Source: Octopus sinensis
Lineage: Eukaryota
Direction: 5' to 3'
NCBI RefSeq assembly: GCF_006345805.1
Contig: NW_021826654.1
Coordinates: 1 to 12,064, forward strand
DNA length: 12,064 nt
The notes beneath the pieces are model-generated. The model was not told the origin of the DNA and did no database searches. It saw nothing but the letters and a program-made list of their open reading frames with translations. Shown in pieces: positions 1 through 8,914 of this stretch. Position 1 is the stretch's first letter, and every line of letters starts with the position of its first letter. The translations under genes and the position numbers were made by a program.

Positions 1-125
1 CTGCTTCCACACATGCGACAAAGGGGCGATTCGCAACTCTTATCTGTTTGAAATAATCCACTCATCCCCATTTCCCGCAAGCTGCTCTTATGGCATAAAT
101 TTAAAATAATGAATAATTTGCACAA

Positions 126-126
<1 letters not shown>

Positions 127-156
<30 letters not shown>

Positions 157-264
157 CATTATTATTATTATTATATCATCCTCATCATCATCATCATCAT
201 CATCATCATTGTCATCATTATCATCATCATCATCATCATTATTATAATAATTATTATTATTATT
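127..264. repeat. Compound microsatellite (ATT)n-(ATC)n-(ATT)n
   Basis: Directly visible trinucleotide runs; source of the spurious 88..309 ORF. Confidence 0.95.
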
Positions 265-798
265 GAATGAGAGAGCAGCGCATGCAATCAAAGTGACACT
301 AGGGTACAAATGTACGAAGCCTAATATACCTATTATAAGGGTACACCAAGCACATACATCACAACCATATGTGCACGAAATGGTGAACTCATATCAAGAT
401 AAAGAGAGCATGACCTTGAAGGTGAGGCCCAGTTAGAATTTTCTTCAGGCCGAGCAGGCCATCCCACTCAAAAGGTCCCTGAATGAGGTTTGTTTTAAGG
501 ATGCTGAAGAAAACACCTATGTTTCCAGAGGTGAATTATCCAAACCTCAAAGAATTCCTCCCAATACATGGCTATAATGCTCCTCCATTACTTCATCTCG
601 TGATCAGAGATGCACACATCATCAGCCACAAAGGGACATGCTCAACTGGTTAAGGTCAAACAACTGACAAGCAAATCTTCGCAGAATATTTTCTGTAGCC
701 CATCTTTTACACCAAGACAAAACAATGTACATAATAACACTTTTTAATTAGTTAAGACTAAAAGCCATGAGATCTGCTGCCTGGTACTGCATCAGGGC

Positions 799-801
<3 letters not shown>
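265..801. mobile_element. ~537-bp non-coding interspersed repeat inserted in an (ATT)n/(TAA)n tract
   Basis: Complex sequence (gaatgagagagcagcgcatgc ... ctggtactgcatcagggcatt) with sharp boundaries to (ATT)n on both sides and no ORF. It resembles a recurrent octopus repeat from memory; not verified by search. Confidence 0.65.

Positions 802-886
<85 letters not shown>
802..886. repeat. (ATT)n microsatellite
   Basis: Near-perfect ATT run. Confidence 0.95.
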
Positions 887-888
<2 letters not shown>

Positions 889-892
889 TGAA

Positions 893-1106
893 AGCAGTGA
901 GTTAGCAGGCTCGTGAGCAAGCCGGACCAAATGCTTAGCGGTATTTCTTCTACCGCTTCGTTCTGAGTTCAAATTCCGTCGAAGTCAACTTTACCTTTCA
1001 TCCTTTCGGGGTCAATAAATTAAGTACTAGTGAAACTCTGAGGTCGTTGTAATCGACACATCCTCTCCCAGAAAATGGCCGCCGTTGTGGCAAAATTTGA
1101 AACACT
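893..1106 (+). mobile_element. tRNA-derived SINE (octopus OK/OR-like family), copy 1
   Basis: Pol III B-box-like gagttcaaattcc at 965-977 and core ctttcatcctttcggggtcaataaattaagtac. Homologous to the reverse complements of 3785-4014, 6308-6492, 6498-6690 and 7594-7791. Ends in an ATT tail. Confidence 0.88.
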
Positions 1107-1123
1107 ATTATTTTTATTATTAA

Positions 1124-2048
1124 ATGTTTGGCTTTTGTTTTGTATTTCCACAAGTTGACTCCTAGTCTCACCCAGAGATTTCAAGAGATAACAAGTTAGA
1201 AGTTCAAATTGATGTTATGCCTAGGGTGCCATACATATTTGGTTTTTCACAAAGTGTTGTTCTAGAGAATGTGTGTAAAACATAAGAAAACTAGAAGTTT
1301 CTTTTTAAAGTAATTTGATAATAAGATGATAGTGTGATGTTAAGATGATAATAAGAGACGTTTGCTATTATATTTATTTAAAAGTATTTTTGAAAATATT
1401 TACAGATTTAAACAATATTTTTGTAAGATATGAGCAGTTCCCATGAACACTATATTTTGACTTTCTTCCATTTTCTGATTTCCTGGTATCTAAGATAGGC
1501 AGCAATCAGCCCGTTTTGCTACCATTCCTAAGGTACCTACAGCAACAGGTATTGTTTTAGTTTTGAGGTTCCACATTTTGCCAATTTCTTTCTCAAGATC
1601 TTTATTTTTACTCAAGTTTGGTAGGTCTTGACAGATACGTTTATGTCGAATGGGACAGTCATATCAATGAGGAGGCATGTTCTTTGTCTGAAGTCTTTCA
1701 ATATAATATCCGGCCTATTTGCATCTATCTTTCTGTCAATTTGAAAAGTGAAGTTCCAAAGGAGTGAGATGTGGTCATTTTCAAGCACTGGGTGTGTTTT
1801 GTGTTCTCAATAGTTTTTATCATGGGGCAGGTCCATTCTTTTGAAAATTACCCAGTGAATATATTGTGCAGCTCTATCATGCCTGTTGAGATATTCTGTA
1901 GGAGCAAGATGGTTGTACATGGAGACAACAAGTTCGATGGTTTCATTTTATTGTTTATATACACGACATATTGGGCTGCTGCCGTTCTTTAAGATGTTGG
2001 CTGGGTAGCTTCTTGTTGGTAGGCATTGATCCTAGGCTGCTATGACAA
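1124..2048 (-). mobile_element. 5'-truncated R4/Dong-type non-LTR retrotransposon (ORF C-terminus plus ~275-bp 3' UTR, TAA tail)
   Basis: Minus-strand translation gives RLE-clade motifs (next feature). The presumed 3' UTR ~1399-1124 ends ...caaaagccaaacatt followed by (TAA)n, consistent with the TAA-repeat targeting known for Dong. Confidence 0.85.
1400..2046 (-). pseudogene. Decayed zinc knuckle plus restriction-like endonuclease (PD..D..K) domain of an R4/Dong retrotransposon ORF
   Basis: Hand translation from 2046: VIAA*DQCLPTRSY..CRVYKQ*NETIELVVSMYNHLAPTEYLNRHDRAAQYIHW..NY*EHKTHPVLENDHISLLWNFTFQIDRKIDANRPDIILKDFRQRTCLLIDMTVPFDINVSVKTYQ/(frameshift ~1616)/LSKNKDLEKEIGKMWNLKTKTIPVAVGTLGMVAK..S*IPG..QNIVFMGTAHILQK. 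It contains the RHD, NRPDI, LIDxxVP, KxxDL and GTAHIL motifs, four in-frame stops, at least one frameshift and a degraded CCHC. Confidence 0.92.
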
Positions 2049-2243
2049 CAACAACAAAAGAGAAGAAGAAGAAGAAGAAGAAGAAGAAGAAGAAGAGAAG
2101 AAAAGAAGAAGAAGAAGAAGAAGAAGAAGAAAAGCAGAGAAGAAGAAGAAGAAGAAGAAGAAGAAGAAGAAGACAGAAGAAGAAGAAGAAGAAGAAGAAG
2201 AAGAAGAAAGAAGAAGAAGAAGAAGAAGAAGAAGAAGAAGAAG
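2044..2243. repeat. Short (CAA)n followed by a long interrupted (GAA)n tract
   Basis: Directly visible; ~180 bp of nearly pure purine on the + strand. Confidence 0.95.
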
Positions 2244-2321
2244 AGTGGATAGGGGAGAGGAGGAGAATGAGAAAACAAGAAGTAAAACTGCAACAGCAAC
2301 AACAAAAATTGATTATAACGA

Positions 2322-2365
2322 AGATGATGCAGATGGTGATGACGCTTGTGATAATGATAAAGACG

Positions 2366-2397
<32 letters not shown>

Positions 2398-2497
2398 GAC
2401 GACGACGATGATGACTACGACGATGATGATTACGACGATGATGGTGATGATGATAATTATGACGACGACGACGACGACGATGATGATGATGATGTTG

Positions 2498-2529
<32 letters not shown>

Positions 2530-2578
2530 GATGATGGTGGTGGTGATGATGATGATGATGATGATGGTGGTGGTGATG

Positions 2579-2611
<33 letters not shown>

Positions 2612-2627
2612 ATAGTGATGACGATGA
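2322..2627. repeat. Compound (CAT)n/(GAC)n/(GAT)n/(GGT)n microsatellite
   Basis: Directly visible. Confidence 0.95.
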
Positions 2628-2719
2628 AGCTAATACCGACCGATGGCGAAAATAGAAATATTCAACCAGGAACTAATTTTAAATTCGGAGAACAAACAAA
2701 AGAAAACAATGACAAACTG

Positions 2720-2757
2720 CAACAACAACAGCAACAACAACAGCAACAACAACAACA
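2720..2757. repeat. (CAA/CAG)n microsatellite
   Basis: Directly visible. Confidence 0.9.
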
Positions 2758-3038
2758 AAATCCAAAAGACCGTTAATAAAGATTATGATGTGATTTATTT
2801 CAATTGTTTTTCCATATCTTTTTTTCTTTTTTAGATTTTCGTGAATTCTTGGTTTAAAAACCAAAAATACTCTGTGTAATGATTATAAGAAAGAGCAGGG
2901 TTGGGGTGGAGGCTGATGATTATTGGGATAAAGATGATGAATTGATGATGATGGGGTGGGTTAGGGGAGGAGGAAAGGGAGAAGGAGACAGAAAAAGTGG
3001 GGGATAATTATTTCATTGCATTTTGCCAGAGGGGTAAT

Positions 3039-3480
3039 GTGATGGTAATGATGATGATGATGATGATGATGACGACGACGACGCCGACGACAACGACGAT
3101 GATGATGATGATGATGATGACAGTGTTGACGAAAACGATGGTGATGCGTACGACTACGACAACGACGATGGTGATGATGATGAAGGTGGTTGTTGAGGTG
3201 GTGATTGAGGTTGTGTTGGTTGTGGTTGTCGTGGTGATGGTCGTGGACGTAGAGGCGGCTACATTGATGATGATGATGATGATGATGACAATGATGCCTA
3301 CGACAACGACGATGAGGAGAAGGGGCAGGTGAGGGGGACCTCGATAACAGTGATGATAATCATGGTGGCGGTGGTGGTGGTGGTTGTGGTAACAGTGATG
3401 ATGATTGTGGTGATGGTGATTGATATTGATCATGATCATGACGATAATGATGACCATGATGACGGCTATGTTGATGATGA
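3039..3480. repeat. Degenerate (GAT/GAC/GGT/GTT)n trinucleotide low-complexity tract
   Basis: 3-periodic cryptic repeat; explains ORFs 2997..3332, 3008..3628 and 3360..3578. Confidence 0.9.
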
Positions 3481-3690
3481 ATGAGGGGTGGGGACGATTG
3501 TAAAAAGAATAAAAAAAGACATAACATTGAATAACACAACACCTCACAACACAATGCAACCAAATGCGCCGTACACAATACTCCCGAAAAACAGTAAACT
3601 TAAATATATATTCGTTGTGTATATACATAAGTTATGTATGTAAATATGTATGCATGTTATACATATGTATATTGATATATTTTAAGATAA

Positions 3691-3772
<82 letters not shown>

Positions 3773-3785
3773 TTATATATATATA
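3691..3785. repeat. (AAT)n then (AT)n, at the 3' end of SINE copy 2
   Basis: Perfect AAT run abutting the SINE tail. Confidence 0.95.
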
Positions 3786-4014
3786 TTTCTTTACTACCCA
3801 CAAGGGGCTAAACATAGAGAGGACAAACAAGGACGGACAAAGGGATTATGTCGATTACATTGACCCCAGTGTGTAACTGGTACTTAATTTATCGACCCCG
3901 AAAGGATGAAAGGTAAAGTCGACCTCGGCGGAATTTGAACTCAGAACGTAACGGCAGACGAAATAGGGCTACGCATTTCGCCCGGCGTGCTAACGTTTCT
4001 GCCAGCTCGCCGCC
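3785..4014 (-). mobile_element. tRNA-derived SINE copy 2 (full-length, apparently the best preserved)
   Basis: Minus strand reads ggcggcgagctggcagaaacgttagcacgccgggcgaaatgcg...gagttcaaattcc (B box, 3942-3930)...ctttcatcctttcggggtcgataaattaagtaccag...gccccttgtgggtagtaaagaaat. CpGs are largely retained. Confidence 0.93.
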
Positions 4015-4018
4015 TTCG

Positions 4019-4059
<41 letters not shown>

Positions 4060-4062
<3 letters not shown>

Positions 4063-4514
4063 AACTATATGTATGAGAATACATACATAACATGCACAAA
4101 TCTGCACATATACATACATACAGATATGTGTGTGTATGTATGTATATATGTATGCATGTATGCAAGTATGTATGTATGTATGTTATATATATAATATATA
4201 TATAATATAGTATATATATATATATAATATATATAATATATATGCATGTATATATATATATAATATATATGCATGTTATATATATAATATATATTATAAT
4301 ATATATATATGAATGTATATGTATATGTATATATATAATATACATGCATATATATATATATATTATATATATATTATATCTAATATATAATATAATAATA
4401 ATAATAATAATACCTAGATTTTTTGGAGAATGAAATTACCTGAAAACAATTGGTATATATTAAGCATATAGTTTATATGCAGAGAAAAAAAATAGAAAAA
4501 AATGAGATAAGGAA
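4060..4514 (+). repeat. Left arm of long inverted repeat IR-A
   Basis: 4060-4130 is the reverse complement of ~5294-5364 with 2 mismatches. 4409-4514 is the reverse complement of 4943-5049 with about 4 differences. An (AT)-rich microsatellite lies between these blocks. Confidence 0.92.
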
Positions 4515-4517
4515 TTT

Positions 4518-4549
<32 letters not shown>

Positions 4550-4550
<1 letters not shown>

Positions 4551-4753
4551 GTGAGAAGTTATGCATATATGATACAAGGACATCACCAACTGTGTAAAGA
4601 ACATGAAACACGAAGACAAACGAGTTAAATACGTAAACAACGAAAGAAAAAAAATGGAAAAAAGGAAAAGTAAACACAGAAAAGGACCGTTCATCAGTTC
4701 TCAGGTGTCTGTCTACTCCTCATTTCGAGCATATACATTTATAAAATGTATAT
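4550..4753 (-). mobile_element. Possible Penelope-like terminal repeat remnant in the IR-A spacer
   Basis: Minus strand: perfect 10-bp hairpin (4731-4753), then gctcGAAA (to 4723), 25 nt, then CTGATGA (4697-4691) and a T-rich run. The motif is incomplete and the assignment is inferential. Confidence 0.35.
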
Positions 4754-4846
4754 TTAAATGCATACACATACTTATATACATACATATAAGGCACAAAAAG
4801 AAAATGACTCTCCCAGACACCACACATATATATATTATATATATAT

Positions 4847-4887
<41 letters not shown>

Positions 4888-4942
4888 CGTATTCACGTGC
4901 ATACAAAGAAAATGGACCAATTGTTAGTAATAAAAAATTAAC

Positions 4943-5062
4943 TTCCTTATCTCAATTTTTTCTATTCTTTTTTTCTCTGCATATAAACTATATGCTTAAT
5001 ATATACCAATTGTTTTCAGGTAATTTCATTCTCCAAAAATTCTAAGTATTATTATTATTATT

Positions 5063-5093
<31 letters not shown>

Positions 5094-5098
5094 GATAT

Positions 5099-5189
<91 letters not shown>

Positions 5190-5364
5190 GCATATATATT
5201 ATATATATAATATCATATATATACTATATTATAAATATATATAATAATACATACATACATACATACATGCATACATATATACATACATACACACACATAT
5301 CTGTATGTATGTATATGTGTAGATTTGTGCATTTTATGTATGTATTCTCATACATATAGTTACA
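4943..5364 (-). repeat. Right arm of long inverted repeat IR-A
   Basis: For example ctctgcatataaactatatgcttaatatataccaattgttttcaggtaatttcattctccaaaaa is an exact reverse complement of the left-arm segment. Confidence 0.92.
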
Positions 5365-6030
5365 TATCTAGACATGCATATGACTGGATGGATGGAGGGA
5401 TGGGAGGATGGATGGATCTGTGGTGCGTATGCCTTAATATTTGTTCCAAGTTACAAGATAAACAATTTAACATCATTCTGAAGAATTATTCTATACTTTT
5501 TAGTAGAGTTCAAAATGAGATTTTGCTAGAAGATAGGTGACAGTGACTTCGACATTCCGGTCTGCTACCCTTCGTCAGAACCTGAGCCGCACATACGCAC
5601 ATTCATACACACTCCACAAAGTCCACATACATACATACAGTCCCACAAGCATTTTATTCCAGAAAAACGGTTGGCTTATCCGTTTTTGTTTCGTTTTTGT
5701 TTTGTTTATATTGTTTCGTTTTTGCTTTTGTTTTAATTTTTACGCCTTGCTCTAGATTTCGAATGACACTAGAAATGTCAAACTACACACTCAAATGATT
5801 ACCATTCTTGTTGACCTTCATTGGAATTTATCTGAGAAAATCTCTTCAATCCCCTCTGTGTAATCGGTTGGATCAAAGTCAATTCCTTGTTTATTTCAGA
5901 ATCTCAAACAAACCAACGCAATGAACTTCAAGCACTTATAATGTCCTTAACGAAGAGCGACCTCTCTTCAAAGTTATTTTTATTTTCTAAGCAATCTCCT
6001 GGTTAGTGTTTAAGACTTGACTAATCCAAA

Positions 6031-6276
6031 TTTATCCTGGTTAATCCTGATTTAGAAAAGACTGTCATGAATGGCTTTCTCTTGAGGACCATCTTATCTT
6101 CTATTCAGGCATAGTGCTTTTTATCTAGGACTACATTATCTCCCTTTAATCTCACCCGACATCTTAAACAGGAAAAAGACTCAACATATAATGTCTTCCT
6201 AGATACATTGAACAAAAGATGGGATTTTCTCGACTAGAATGCATTTGATGTTTCCTTTATCAACATCAGAACAACA
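6031..6276. mobile_element. Two oppositely oriented fragments of an old interspersed repeat family
   Basis: tatctaggactacattat (6122-6139) matches the reverse complement of ataatgtcttcctagata (6188-6205) at 16/18. The same motif recurs at 7316-7331. Outer boundaries are approximate. Confidence 0.55.
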
Positions 6277-6307
6277 TCAGTAAAACGCGCAGCGTAATGA
6301 TAAGAGC

Positions 6308-6492
6308 AATGGGTTCAAATTACAGTCCAAGATTAGCAATTTGAAAGGAAACCGGTTGATCGTTTTATTGATTACAGAAAGATGAAAAGTAAAGTCGGCG
6401 TCGGCGGATTTGGAAGTAAGACTGCAAAGAGTTGGAAGAAATGCCGCTAAGCATTTTATGCCCTGCGGCAATGCTTCTGGCAGCTCATCGCC
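6308..6492 (-). mobile_element. tRNA-derived SINE copy 3 (diverged)
   Basis: gatgaaaagtaaagtcggcgtcggcggatttg...aagaaatgccgctaagcatttt...cttctggcagctcatcgcc aligns to copy 2. Confidence 0.8.
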
Positions 6493-6497
6493 TTAAT

Positions 6498-6690
6498 AAT
6501 GGTTCTTTCCGATTTTAGCACAAGGCCAGCAATTTTGGAAGCAGGTGGTGTCGGTTCCGTCGACTTCACTGGTACTTTATTTCATCGACTCCAAACAGAT
6601 GAAGGTTAAATTCGACCTCAAATGTATTTGAACTCAGGACGTAAAGCCGGAAGGAATGCTGCTAATCACTTTGTCTGGCACATTAGCAAT
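6498..6690 (-). mobile_element. tRNA-derived SINE copy 4 (diverged), in tandem with copy 3
   Basis: gcacaaggccagcaatttt...ctggtactttatttcatcgac...gatgaaggttaaattcgacctc...atttgaactcaggacgtaaag aligns to copy 2. Confidence 0.82.
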
Positions 6691-6697
6691 TGAATCA

Positions 6698-6698
6698 C

Positions 6699-6729
<31 letters not shown>

Positions 6730-6901
6730 AATAATACTAATAATAATACTAATAATATATAATAATAATGAGGAGAAGAAGAAGAAGATGAAGATGAAGA
6801 AGAAGAAGAAGAGAAGAAGAAGAAGAAGAGAAGAAGAAGAAAAGAAGAAAGAAGAAGGAAGAGAATAAGAAGAGAATAAGAAGAAGAAAGAAGAAGAAGA
6901 A
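6698..6901. repeat. (AAT)n followed by (GAA)n compound microsatellite
   Basis: Directly visible. Confidence 0.95.
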
Positions 6902-6962
6902 TTCTTTCTACTATAGCACAAGGCCAAATATTTTGGGAAGGGGTTGATCGATTAAATCAACA
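6902..6962 (-). mobile_element. SINE 3'-tail fragment
   Basis: ttctttctactatagcacaaggccaaatattttgggaaggggttgatcgatta resembles the tails of copies 4 and 5. Confidence 0.65.
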
Positions 6963-7089
6963 GGAGAAATAATGAAATCTTAAATAGTAACATTAATGTG
7001 ATTGGTTATTGATTTCTGTAAATTGAAATGGAAATCAATAGAAATTAATTCACAATAGGAAGAATTATGAGGAGAAGGCAGAGGAGAGA

Positions 7090-7260
7090 GTGTTGTTGTT
7101 GTTGTTTGAGGTGGTGGTGGTGGTCGTCGTCGTCGTCGTGGTTGTGGTCGTGGTCATGTTGGGAGTGGAGCTGGTCGTTGTGGTGTTGGTACTGGTCGTG
7201 GTTAAGGTGCTGATGATTGTAGTAGTGGCATTGCGGGAAGTGGTTATGGTGGTGGTCGTG
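7090..7260. repeat. Degenerate (GTT/GGT/GTC)n tract
   Basis: Directly visible. Confidence 0.9.
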
Positions 7261-7261
7261 A

Positions 7262-7405
7262 TTTAGCATCGAATAACAAAATGCTTTCCAGCCATGACCC
7301 CCTCGTCATTCAGGGTATCTAGAACTACATTTAACAATGTGTCCTTCCATTTTTAAGGAAGTAAGGTATGAGATGAGAGAGATTTAATTGTTATTTCTCG
7401 CTGTT
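7262..7405. mobile_element. Fragment of the same old repeat family as 6031-6276
   Basis: ttccagccatgacc...tatctagaactacatt...aatgtgtccttcc...gagagagatttaattgttatttc; shares tatctag(g/a)actacatt with 6122-6137. Confidence 0.55.
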
Positions 7406-7453
7406 AAAAACCAGTGCGTAGATTATTCCTCTTAGACACCTTGCTTCTTGTAC

Positions 7454-7530
7454 TTATTGTTGTTATTGTTGTTGTTGTTGTTGTTCTTCTTCTTCTTCAT
7501 TATCATCTTCTTCTTCTTCTTGGTGGTGTT
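7454..7530. repeat. (GTT)n/(CTT)n compound microsatellite
   Basis: Directly visible. Confidence 0.9.
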
Positions 7531-7593
7531 GGTGGCAGTGATAATGATATTTTTGACGAACTGAAAGGTTGGGCAAGAAGGGGAATCGAATAA

Positions 7594-7791
7594 TTGTCTC
7601 TACTGTAGGCCCAAGGCCTATACATTTAGAGGCGGGGTTAGTCGACCACAATATCTAACTGGTACTTATTTCATCAATTCCGAAAGGATGAAATGCAATG
7701 TCGATCCCCAGCTGAATTTGAACTAAGAACATAAAGACAGACGAAATGTTGCTAAGCATTTCGCCCGGCGTGCTAACGATTCCGCCAGCTC
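7594..7791 (-). mobile_element. tRNA-derived SINE copy 5
   Basis: actggtacttatttcatcaattccgaaaggatgaaa...gaatttgaactaagaac...gcatttcgcccggcgtgctaacgattccgccagctc; the head is nearly identical to copy 2. Confidence 0.9.
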
Positions 7792-7918
7792 AACATCTTG
7801 AAGGAGATTTGAATAACGATAATAAAGGTTTGGGGGAGGGGCGATGACTAGGAGCAGATGGAGAAGGGAAAAAATGTAAAGCTGAAATCGGGAAGGAAAA
7901 CTGCAAAACACACACGTC

Positions 7919-7963
7919 TATACATGTATATCAATATACATGTATACATGTAATATCTATATA

Positions 7964-7994
<31 letters not shown>

Positions 7995-8127
7995 ATATAT
8001 TATATATATATATATATATATATACATACATGTATATCACATCATCATCATCATCGTTTAGCGTCCATAACTCCATGCTGGCAATGGTTTTATATACATA
8101 CATTTATACATATGTTTTTTATGTGTG

Positions 8128-8179
<52 letters not shown>
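7919..8179. repeat. (AT)n-rich tracts surrounding a small insert
   Basis: Directly visible. Confidence 0.9.
8040..8089 (-). mobile_element. Probable 3'-end fragment of a different retroposon with an (ATG)n tail
   Basis: (cat)n-cgtttagcgtccataactccatgctggca interrupts the AT tract. Minus strand reads ...ggacgctaaacgatgatgatg. Recognised from memory as an octopus retroposon tail; unverified. Confidence 0.5.
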
Positions 8180-8182
<3 letters not shown>

Positions 8183-8914
8183 GTCCCGCAACGCGCACTT
8201 GATAAACTGCGTTTTGTGAAGCGTGGCTTAAGATGTGCAACCGGTAGAGACCTTCTAAAGTTATGCATATCCTGTTGCGAAAGTTAGATCTAATCATAAA
8301 AACACATGGCAGGGTTTTCCAGTATTTCGAGCTTCTCAGATAAACCAACTCCGCAATCATGCAATCAGCTGAAAAATATGAAGTACATCTGTCAATAATC
8401 TTCTAAGTTGCTGCTCGATGTTCATCTTCCTGCACCTTTAGGTTCAGGTAACTCAATACAGGGAAGTGAAATTATATCTTTTCTTGGCGCCCAAATGATT
8501 ACAGACGTTGATGGTAAAGTTACTGAAATTACAGTACTACTCCCCAGGTTTACTTTTCAGAATATATTTCACCATGATGACCTACCTTAGCCCATAATAA
8601 CCGACCCTACAATCAACCAATATGAAGCGACTTCGCAGGAGACCTGCAGGTGTCAATAATGTCAAAGTTCCATTTGTAACTGAAATATCATATTATGTAA
8701 AAGCTTGTGAAACTTTAATGCATTATTGAACCGTTAACTTGATTTAATTGTAGTTATGAACTCAATAGAATTCACTGCCTGTTGTTTCATTTCGCTGCTT
8801 CACATAAACGCATTGTCGGCGGGGGCTTGGTCTATTGACAAATTGAGGACAAACTGTTAAAAATAGAGAAATACCATTTACTCTCTTATCTGAAAGAGCC
8901 AACTGTTTTGACAA

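Noticed and set aside
410-485. Possible HDV-like ribozyme in the 537-bp element (ttcagg/cctgaa pairing plus ctaa on the minus strand)
   Set aside because: I could not assemble the P2/P3/P1.1 nested pseudoknot.
1771-1992. 73-aa plus-strand ORF
   Set aside because: Antisense shadow of the Dong/R4 pseudogene.
2285-2760. Repeat of aaactgcaac(a/g).. at ~2285 and ~2715
   Set aside because: The match is mostly CAA microsatellite and not significant.
1955-2776. Long ORFs (116-244 aa) with poly-E/K/R/D/M/H runs
   Set aside because: They are open in several frames and on both strands only because trinucleotide repeats lack stops; there is no domain content.
3930-4014. tRNA gene suggested by A/B boxes
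   Set aside because: No cloverleaf could be built and the segment is continuous with the SINE core; it is a SINE head.
3889-4941. Several YI/IY-rich ORFs
   Set aside because: They derive from (AT)n tracts and SINE sequence.
8181-8200. Helitron-like terminal hairpin next to (AT)n
   Set aside because: The stem is too short and there is no proper CTRR terminus or helicase remnant.
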